A DNA stretch of 64,000 bases from Acidobacteriota bacterium. GTDB taxonomy: Bacteria > Acidobacteriota > UBA6911 > RPQK01 > JAJDTT01. The first letter of the stretch is position 1. Every line of letters begins with the position of its first letter. The stretch lies in the NCBI GenBank assembly GCA_965217775.1, contig CBDCJH010000002.1, forward strand, positions 4,672,001 through 4,736,000, read 5' to 3'. Made by a program: the position numbers and the translations under genes. Below the pieces are notes generated by a model, which was given only the letters and a program-made list of their open reading frames with translations, made no database searches and had not been told where the DNA came from. Below, piece by piece: positions 7,697 to 16,100 of this stretch.

Positions 7697-9409
7697 TTAT
7701 TGATCCTGGGTCACCCTCAATACCTCCGCGACGGAGGTCAGTCCGGTCTTGACCTTGCCGAAGCCGTCCTGGCGCAGTGCCTTCATCCCGCCTTCCAGGG
7801 CCGCCTTTCGCAACCGGGTGGAGTCGGCGTTGGTGATGGTGAGGCGCCGGATCGGCTCGCGCATCAGCATCAGCTCGAAGATCCCGACCCGGCCCTGATA
7901 TCCGGTGTGGTCGCACTCCTTGCAACCCATTCCCTGGGAGGCCGCGACCGCGGACTGCAGAGGGAAGCCGATCTCCCTCAGAAATTCCGGCTCCAGAAAC
8001 TGCTCCTGGCGGCAGTGGGGGCAGACGACCCGGACCAGCCGCTGGGCCAGCACGCCCAGGACCGAGGAGGCCAGCAGATAGTCCTGGGCCCCCATGTCCA
8101 CCAGCCGGGCGATGGCGCTGGGGGCGTCGTTGGTGTGCAGGGTGCTGAAGACCAGGTGACCGGTCAGGGCGGCGCGGATGGCGATCTCCGCCGTCTCCAG
8201 ATCCCGGATCTCTCCGACCATGATGACATCCGGGTCCTGGCGGACGATGGAACGGAGCCCGGCGGCGAAGGTCAACCCGATCTGGGGATTGACGTGGATC
8301 TGGTTGATGCCGTTGATCTGATACTCCACCGGATCCTCGATGGTGATGATCTTCTTGTCGGGGAGATTGATCTTGCTGAGGGCGCCGTAAAGGGTGGTGG
8401 TCTTGCCGCTGCCGGTGGGGCCCGTCACCAGGATGATGCCGTGGGGCCGCAGGATCAGCTTCTGGAACGCCTGGTAGGTTTCGGGTGCGAATCCCAGCTT
8501 TTCCAAGTCGTAGATCTGGGTGTTGCTCTTGTCCAGGATCCGCATGACCACGCTCTCCCCGTACATGGTCGGCAACGTGGACACGCGGAGGTCCACGTCC
8601 TTCCCCAGGACCCTCATCTTGATCCGGCCGTCCTGGGGGATCCGGCGCTCGGCGATGTTGAGCTTGGACATGATCTTGATTCGGGAGATGGTCGCGGCCT
8701 TCAGCCGCTTGGGGGGAGACTCGACGTCGTAGAGGACGCCGTCGATCCGGTAGCGGACCTTGAGTTCCCGTTCGAAGGGCTCGATGTGGATGTCGGAGGC
8801 CCGGGATTGGACGGCTCGGGACAGGATCAGGTTGACCAGACGGATGACGGGAGCTTCGGAAGCCAGATCCTTGAGATGCTCCACGTCGTCGCTGTCTTCG
8901 CCCAAGCCCTCCACGTCGGTGTCGATCCCCTCCACGATGCGCCCCAGACTCGAGGCCTGGTTGCCGTAGAAGCGTTCGATCAGATCCAGGATCTCGTTCT
9001 CGGGGGCCAGGACCACGCTGACCCGGTCGTAACGGGTGTAGAGACGGATGGCGTCCAGGGTGGAGCGGTCCAGGGGGTCCACCATGGCGATGGTCAGCTC
9101 CCCGCCGCCGGTGCCGATGGGAACGAACTTGCATTCCCTCATGAACTGCACCGAGAAGGTGTTCTCCACCACCGGAACCGTCGGGAAGTTTTCGGCCAGG
9201 ACGTAGGGGATTTCCAGATACTCGCTCAGATGCCTGACCAGGTCGGTCTCCGAGAGAGCACCCAGGTCGATGAGCAGCTTGCCCATCTTCTCCCGGGACT
9301 GCTTCCGGAGATTCCGAGCCGTGCTCAACTCCTCCGAAGAGATGACCCCGCGCTCGACGAGGACCTCTCCAAAGAGTGCCTTTTCCTTCAAATCAGCCAG
9401 TTTGACCAT
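7697..9409 (-). CDS. gspE: Type II secretion ATPase GspE
   Basis: ASDIHIEP, GPTGSGKTTTLY, RQDPDVIMVGEIRD, TGHLVFSTLH, tetracysteine motif. Confidence 0.97.
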   Translation of the reverse strand: MVKLADLKEKALFGEVLVERGVISSEELSTARNLRKQSREKMGKLLIDLGALSETDLVRHLSEYLEIPYVLAENFPTVPVVENTFSVQFMRECKFVPIGTGGGELTIAMVDPLDRSTLDAIRLYTRYDRVSVVLAPENEILDLIERFYGNQASSLGRIVEGIDTDVEGLGEDSDDVEHLKDLASEAPVIRLVNLILSRAVQSRASDIHIEPFERELKVRYRIDGVLYDVESPPKRLKAATISRIKIMSKLNIAERRIPQDGRIKMRVLGKDVDLRVSTLPTMYGESVVMRILDKSNTQIYDLEKLGFAPETYQAFQKLILRPHGIILVTGPTGSGKTTTLYGALSKINLPDKKIITIEDPVEYQINGINQIHVNPQIGLTFAAGLRSIVRQDPDVIMVGEIRDLETAEIAIRAALTGHLVFSTLHTNDAPSAIARLVDMGAQDYLLASSVLGVLAQRLVRVVCPHCRQEQFLEPEFLREIGFPLQSAVAASQGMGCKECDHTGYQGRVGIFELMLMREPIRRLTITNADSTRLRKAALEGGMKALRQDGFGKVKTGLTSVAEVLRVTQDQ

Positions 9410-9423
9410 GGGAATTCTCGAAA

Positions 9424-9972
9424 TCAGTACTCCTTGACGTCGACCCGGTCCCTGAAGTTCTCGGTCGAGATCTTCTTCATGGCCACCAGATCGACATCGT
9501 CCTTGGAGGCGGTCAGGACCAGTGTCTTCCGGCTCTTCCGGGCATCCAGCTCGTTCCGGTCGTCCACGTAGGCGGCGATGGAGATGCGGTCGTGGCCCCC
9601 CAACTGCTTGATGCTGTCGCCATACTCGATCAAGGCATCGATGAGGGTCGTCCGGATCACGCGCATGTGCTCCTCGGTGGTGCGTTTCGAAGCCGGCCGC
9701 GGGTCCCGCACCTCGCCGAACGGAGTCCGAATGGTCCTGCGATTCACGTTGATCTGGAAGGAGAAGAGCATCCCGTAGCCCTGCAGATAGGCTCCCCGGG
9801 GCTCACTCGTGATGGCGAACGGATCGGAGAAGTTCTGCTTGAGCACTTCGTGGACGATGCGTTCGAAGATCTCGGTGTCCTGTTTCAACCGCTCCAGGTT
9901 GAGATGCTGCTGGGCGAGTCCGTTCACGCTGGACAACCAGCCTGCAAGCACGACCAGTCCAATGTACCACAT
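9424..9972 (-). CDS. Hypothetical exported protein
   Basis: Signal-peptide-like MWYIGLVVLAGWLSSVNGLA; lies between anti-sigma and gspE. Confidence 0.65.
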   Translation of the reverse strand: MWYIGLVVLAGWLSSVNGLAQQHLNLERLKQDTEIFERIVHEVLKQNFSDPFAITSEPRGAYLQGYGMLFSFQINVNRRTIRTPFGEVRDPRPASKRTTEEHMRVIRTTLIDALIEYGDSIKQLGGHDRISIAAYVDDRNELDARKSRKTLVLTASKDDVDLVAMKKISTENFRDRVDVKEY

Positions 9973-10084
9973 CACCTTCAACCCTCCTCTTGGCGACTTG
10001 CGGCCGACTCCGGGGAGTCGACCGGTCGTCGCAAATTCCAAGTTCCAAGCACCAAAACGGGTAGTTCGTTTCGTTTTTTCGGGA

Positions 10085-10108
10085 AAAGTGTCCGAATTCG
10101 GACACTTT
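10085..10108. repeat. Perfect 24-bp palindrome AAAGTGTCCGAATTCGGACACTTT
   Basis: Direct reading; half-site TTCGGACAC repeated at 10117-10125. Confidence 0.8.
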
Positions 10109-10190
10109 GTACCATTTTCGGACACCTAGGAGCCTGCGCCGCAGAAATTGATCCGCTACGATCATTCCTACGGCGCAGACTCCTGGCCCA

Positions 10191-10751
10191 TCAGCGCAGG
10201 ATCAGGGCGCGCATGGTCCGGTACTCCTCCTGAGCATCTCTCTGCTGCAAGTCCAGGGCCTGCAGATACTGATGGATCTGGCCCAGGTCCCGCTCCAGGT
10301 CGTCGCGCACCTGGATCACATACTGCCCGATGAGACGCCGCTCCTCCTCCTGCCGGGCGACCACCACGTCATTGATCGTGGTCTCCAATTCCTGGCGGGT
10401 CACCTCCAGGGTGGCCCGCTCCCCCCAGCCCAGATCCCGGGCGATGACCGTCATCCCCAAGAGCATCAGGATGCAGGCCGCCGCCTTGTAGACGACTTTC
10501 CAGGCCGGACTCCGGTCGACCCCGCGGAGAAATCCGAGGACCTTGGCGCCGGAACCGGCGCCGGCCTCGGGAACCGCCTGGCCCAGGTCCCACTGGCCCA
10601 ACAGGGAACGGGTCTCCACCAACTCCAGGTATTCGGCCTTGCAATCCGGGCAACTCTCCAGGTGGCGGAAGAACTCCAGGCAGCGATCGGGGTTCAGCTC
10701 CTCGCCGTAGAGGACGTCCATCATCCGCTCGTGCATGGTCGTGCAGTTCAT
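10191..10751 (-). CDS. Zinc-finger (zf-HC2/ZAS) transmembrane anti-sigma factor
   Basis: HLESCPDC (HxxxCxxC) motif, single TM helix, overlaps sigma gene stop. Confidence 0.88.
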   Translation of the reverse strand: MNCTTMHERMMDVLYGEELNPDRCLEFFRHLESCPDCKAEYLELVETRSLLGQWDLGQAVPEAGAGSGAKVLGFLRGVDRSPAWKVVYKAAACILMLLGMTVIARDLGWGERATLEVTRQELETTINDVVVARQEEERRLIGQYVIQVRDDLERDLGQIHQYLQALDLQQRDAQEEYRTMRALILR

Positions 10752-11326
10752 AGTTTCTTCTCCATCAATCTTCTCAACGTCTTCAATCCCAGATACATGC
10801 GCGATTTCGCCGTGGAAAGGGGCAGATCCAGGATCTGAGCGATCTCACGGAACTTCAGGCCCTGATATTCCTTCATCAAGATGACCGTCTTCTGTTCCTC
10901 GGGGAGCTTCAACAGGGCCTCGCGAAGCAGCCGGACCCTCTCCTTGGTGACCAGAGCCTGCTCGGGCGACGGCTCGCCGGCCTTGGCCAACGGCGCCTCG
11001 ATCGACTCCAGCAGAGGCACCGTGTCGAAGCGGCGGCGGCGAAAACGCATCCGGCACTCGTTGAGGGCGATCTTGTAGAGCCAGGAAGAGAAGCGCCTGG
11101 GATCGGTCAGGCGGCCCAGGTTCTTGTACGCCTTGACGAAGGTCTCCTGGGTCAGATCCCGGGCTTCCTCACGATCGCCGACGTAGCGGTAGATGAAGCC
11201 GTAGATCCTCCGCTCCCACCGGGTCACCAGCTCGCCGAAGCAGCCGCCGTCTCCGGCCAACGCCAACTGGAGTAGATTCTCGTCGCTGAAACTCATCCTC
11301 TTGCCTGTGTGATGAGGATGCGCCAT
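10748..11326 (-). CDS. ECF sigma-70 family RNA polymerase sigma factor
   Basis: DLTQETFVKAY, FSSWLYKIALNEC, EIAQILDLPLSTAKSRM; start possibly 11296. Confidence 0.93.
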   Translation of the reverse strand: MAHPHHTGKRMSFSDENLLQLALAGDGGCFGELVTRWERRIYGFIYRYVGDREEARDLTQETFVKAYKNLGRLTDPRRFSSWLYKIALNECRMRFRRRRFDTVPLLESIEAPLAKAGEPSPEQALVTKERVRLLREALLKLPEEQKTVILMKEYQGLKFREIAQILDLPLSTAKSRMYLGLKTLRRLMEKKL

Positions 11327-11674
11327 GGCGTCTGAAAGTCTAAAGAAAAAGCGTTTTCGGTCTGAATTCCCAAGGGCCGGTCAACGTCGCCAACGCAGAA
11401 AGACTTTTCTTTGACCGAGCCGCCGACCCAGCTCCGGGTCCAGGGCCGGAGCCAGGTTCCGGCCCCGGCAACTGCCTGCCAGTTTACCAGTTACGCCCGA
11501 GTCTGACGGATCGGCCGGGTCCCTCGAACCGGGTTTGGCCTCGAAGTTGCTTAGCGACGTACCCCCGAGACTCCGGCTACGGACTGGATCGGGTGGGGCC
11601 GCCGGTAGTACATGTGCTTCGCAGAAACAGGGTGGGAACCCGGCGGCCCCATCCGTCCTTGCGGAAGAAGGAAA

Positions 11675-11744
11675 GGAGCGGCGGTTTCCAACCGCCGAAC
11701 TCCCGTGGAGCATGGCGGAACGGGCGACTGGAACTCGCCCTTCC
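11675..11744. repeat. Inverted pair of REP-like hairpins
   Basis: GGAGCGGCGGTTTCCAACCGCC ... GGGCGACTGGAACTCGCCCTTCC. Confidence 0.8.
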
Positions 11745-11785
11745 TTGTTTCTATGAAGAGTGAAGAAAGACCGGTTGACTTCGGC

Positions 11786-11951
11786 CTAGCAGCCCGTGGC
11801 AAAAGTCATCACGGCATTCGACCGTCCCTGCATCCCGGCGGACGGCGTTGCGATTCGGGCACATACTCCCGGTATGCACCCGAATCGCGCCTTGTCCGGC
11901 GGGCGCAGGAACGGTCTCGGTGCTCGCGGGACTTTCACCACGGACTGCTAG
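11786..11951. mobile_element. MITE family A, copy 1 (~158 bp between CTAG direct repeats)
   Basis: CTAG-CAGCCCGTGGCAAAAGTC ... GACTTTCACCACGGACTG-CTAG terminal inverted repeats; inverted homologue at 56178-56344. Confidence 0.85.
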
Positions 11952-12829
11952 TAACGGAAGAAGCGGACCGGGTTCAGGGGACGGCTGCCCAACTGAATTT
12001 CGTAGTGGAGATGAACTCCGGTGGTGCGGCCCGTGGAACCGACGTATCCGACGATGTCGCCGCGCTGGACCTTCTGCCCCACCTTGACGTTGACCTCGGC
12101 CAGATGCCCATAGCGGGTCACGATGCCGAAACGGTGGCGGAGGTTGACCAACCGGCCGTAGCCGTGGTGCCAACCGGCGTGGGTCACCTCCCCGTCACTG
12201 GTGGCCACGACCTTGGCGCCGCGTGGGGCCGAAATGTCGACTCCGGGATGGAATTCCCTGTTTCCGGTGAAGGGGTCGCTCCGGTAGCCGTATCCGCCCG
12301 ACGGATACCCCCGCACCGGCATCACGGTGGGCAGGGCGGACTGAAGGATGCTGCGAGTCGTGTAGTAGTCCTGAAGCCGTCGCAACTCACTCTCCAAAGT
12401 CATCCGCCGGCCGTCCAGGGTCCGGAAACGCTTCAGGAGGTCTCTGTGATCCAGGGTCAGGAGTGGGCGAGCCACTCGCGCGGGGCCGCCGGCGCCGCCG
12501 AAGCCGTCGTCATCGTTCTCGGAGAGGAACTTGAGGCGGGTGGCGGTCACCTCCAGCGAGGAGATCTTGTCGGTCAACTTGCCGGAGACGGCCCTCAGAC
12601 CCGCATTTTCCTGCCGCATGCGGGCGACCTCCGTCTCGAGCCGGACCACGTGGACGGTCCGTTCCGCCATCCACCAGTAATGGAGCATGGAGAACAGGAA
12701 GGAGAGAAACAGGACACCGCCGAGCAGACCGATAACGGTCGTCAGGACCACGGGCAGGGAATACTTCCTGGCGCCCTCCCTCCCGGAACGAGCGATGATC
12801 AGGGTGTAGGTGTCACCAGTTTTGAGCAC
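11948..12829 (-). CDS. M23 family metallopeptidase
   Basis: HPGVD, YGHL, GSTGRTTGVHLHYE motifs; N-terminal TM and coiled coil. Confidence 0.93.
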   Translation of the reverse strand: MLKTGDTYTLIIARSGREGARKYSLPVVLTTVIGLLGGVLFLSFLFSMLHYWWMAERTVHVVRLETEVARMRQENAGLRAVSGKLTDKISSLEVTATRLKFLSENDDDGFGGAGGPARVARPLLTLDHRDLLKRFRTLDGRRMTLESELRRLQDYYTTRSILQSALPTVMPVRGYPSGGYGYRSDPFTGNREFHPGVDISAPRGAKVVATSDGEVTHAGWHHGYGRLVNLRHRFGIVTRYGHLAEVNVKVGQKVQRGDIVGYVGSTGRTTGVHLHYEIQLGSRPLNPVRFFRY

Positions 12830-12956
12830 TGTCGCGTACTTTGAGAGATGGGAACGAGTCCGACCGCGGTTTCCCGCCCAAGCGCCCCATCAGCCATAAG
12901 GCGCCGGTCAGGACATCGAGGGTCGGATTCTAGTTTGGGGTGTTCCGGGAAGTCAA

Positions 12957-13123
12957 GGAGCGGCGACTTTCTTGTCGCCGAGCAGGGGGGCAGGGGGGAC
13001 GGAGTCCCCACTTCACACTTTCCCCCCTCTACACGTTCCGGCCACCGAATCGCTTAGCGGCATGGAAGAGCAGGCGGCAAGAAAGCCGCCTGTCCCAGTG
13101 GGCGACAAGAAAGTCGCCCCTCC
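12957..13123. repeat. REPIN-like element (inverted REP doublet with conserved spacer) plus extra REP
   Basis: 12957-13095 homologous to 21194-21318+23236-23247 and 38167-38304; additional REP 13101-13123. Confidence 0.88.
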
Positions 13124-13133
13124 GGGTCGACCC

Positions 13134-16100
13134 TCATTGAATCGTGTTGCTCGAATACCTCCCGAGTTCGCCGTCGATTCGGATCTCGGCGGCCAGCCGG
13201 TACTCTCCTGCCGACGACGGCGCGTAGGCACAAAGCTGTCCGGTGGTCCGGGTTCCTTCCACGTCCGACCATTCGCCGTCCGAGGACGCACGGGTCTGCC
13301 ATCCGGAATTGACGACGGCGTAGTGGATGCCGTCGATGACGGCGTCCTCCAATCCGATGCAGCCTGCCGTGGAAACGGGGCCGAACGTCACCCTGCCGGG
13401 CGACACCGAGAGCGACTCCAGCCGGATGTAGGCGCTGTCTCCCAGTCCGGTCTCGGCGGCTCCGGCGCCGATGCGCTCGAAGACCAGAATGCCTTCGTTT
13501 TCCGTGTCGACGTAGGCGTGCCTGCCGTCGGGACTGGTGGCAAGACTCCGAGTCTCGCCGAATTCCGGCACAGGATTGTTGAACCGGTCCGGCTGCCGGT
13601 TCGACACGTAGTCGGTCAACGCGAATTCGCCGGGAGGTGCGTCATCGGGTTCGACATCGCCGTTGTCGGCGTCATCGGGTCCGGGTCGCCACTCGACGTC
13701 ATATGCCAGATCCGTACAGAAAACGTCCACTGCGGGAGTCCCCCGCCGGATTCCCGCCAGCGCGCACGATCCGCTCGATCCGAAGGAGGGGAAACCCGGG
13801 ATCGGAATCGGGAAGTCGGGGAGTCGAGGCCAGGCTGGCGTCACCTCAAGAGTTCCGAGCGGACTCGGATCGGTGGGGTCCGCTTCCAAATCGAACACCG
13901 TCGCGCTCCAGCCGTTGCCGTGGAAGACGAACAGGTGCCGGTCGTCGCCGGTGATGGCCAGCGCTTCCAGGCCGAAGAGCGGATTCACACCCTTCGTTGC
14001 ATCCGTGAGCGTCCCCGTTTCGGCGTCGCGTTCGAAGACGTGCAACGAGCGGAACGTCCCCGCGTAGACGTGGCCGCCGGCATTGGAGATCAGGGCTCGT
14101 GTGAGTCCCGGGACCTCCAGGGTCTGGACATGCGGCAACTCGCCGGGGGTATCCAAGGCCAGGATCTGCAATTGGCCGGCGCCGGGAAGGACCGCGTTCA
14201 GGAACGAGCCTTCGCCGTCCATGAACAGGTCGCCGAATTCGCCGGGGCTGCACTCGGCAGTGGCCGGCGGATCCCCGGTGACCGGAATCGCCCCCTCGTC
14301 GTCCAGTTCCCGTTGGGTCTCGTCGATCGGTGCGAAACCGCGCCAGGTCCCGCAGCGATGGGCGTAGAGCCGGTCTCGATGCGGGTCCCAGATCAGAGAG
14401 CTGTCCTCCAGGCCGTCGTCTTCCAACAATTGAGTGAGGGCCAGACCCCCGGTCTTCGAGTTGCGTTCGAAGACTTGCAGGCCCAGCCTGGACGCCGCGT
14501 ATAGAGCCGTGCCGCGGCCGTTGAAGGCCAGGCTGGCGGGCCCTCGGAGCCGTACCGAGGCGCCGTTGGCGTCCCGGTCGCCGTCCGCCAGCCGTCCCGC
14601 GTACTTGAGCCAGACGGGAGGATCGGTCTCCTCCCAGTTCAGGGTGAAATCGCTGCCCGGATGGTCGCCGCGGGCTCCCAATCGAACCGTGTAGCGGCTT
14701 CCCTCCTCGCCACGGAAGACGACCTCGATGGCGTCCGCCTCGATTCCCTCGGGCTGATGGCTGCTCCTCACGAACTCGATCGATCCGGAACCGTCGCGGC
14801 TGTCCTCGTAGATGGAGAGCACCCAGGGAGAGTAGGGGTCGTCCAGCCAGAATCGATACCACCCGGCTGCGGCCGCTTCGTAGGTCCACCAGAGAGAAGA
14901 GTGCCCCAGGAGTGAGGTCCGCTCCCCCCGTTCGGTGGAGGCAAAACGATTCGAATCGGAGACCGACCCGGACGCCTCGTCCAACGCCGCAGCAGCGGCC
15001 AGATTGTCGTTGTCAGGGGTCGGTCCCCAGGTCACAAAGGCGGTCGCGGCGGGCAGAAGATAGGCCTCGAAGCTTCGCGCCGGAAATCCGACCGCGATCC
15101 AATACCTTTGGCCGGCGTTGGCCTGAAAAACGAAATCGGCCGGCGCCACGTGGGGACGTGTCTGCGCCACCAGGTCCAGGTCCTCTATCGACGTCGGACC
15201 TTGCATGGATGGGCCAGAGAATACGGTCACCCTCAAGTACGAATAAGTGACGGGTTCCTGGAGCCGCCAGGTGTAGCGGCCGTCCTCCGGGGCTTCCCAG
15301 ACCCACCACCGGGTTCGGACCCCGGTCTCGAGGGGCTCACCGGGCTCCACCGTTGCCACAGGGTCGATGCCAATGATGAATTGGGACGAGGGGACACTCT
15401 CGAGCGGCATCGCCCCGATATGCTGATCGTTGTCGAGGACGGCTGCTATCAGCAATCCCTCCCAGCTCAACTCGTAGGGACCACTGGGCGCATCGGCACT
15501 GGGAGCGGCGACCGCGATGCGGTATTCGTTGCCGGCGGCGGCGGGGAAATCAGCGGCGCCAGCGGGCAGTTGGGAGACCAGTCGAAGGGCCGGAATACCG
15601 TCTCCCTCGAATGCGAACACGCGCTTCGTGGGGTCACTCGAGAATCGCCACCAACCGTCGCCGGGCGCCGTCCACCGGTACCACGTGGTGCCCGCATCAA
15701 TGCCGAACCACTCGCCCGGTTCCAGGGTGGCGCCCTGGCTGCTGCCCCGAACGGCGCCGCTTGCGCCCTCCAGCACGGCGGCCCGGTCGAAGTCGTCGTT
15801 GACCGGGCGGTCCCCCTGGGACCAACGAAGGTCGAGGGCGATTCCCCGGAGCATGTGGCTCACCCGGATCCGGTAGATTTCTCCCTCCTCGGCGAAGAAG
15901 ATGGCTCCCCACTGATCCGAGGCGACTCCCTCCAACGCCGCGATGGCGTCACCGCGGAAGACGTCGACGCGATCGTTGCGCGCGCCTCCGAGCTCCCCCG
16001 GCGGGTGGAGGTTGAAACGGACCGCACCGTCCGCGGGCGCCGTCCACCGATACCAGACCGAGCCGGCCGGCCGGCCCGAACGGGGACCGAACAGCGGTTC

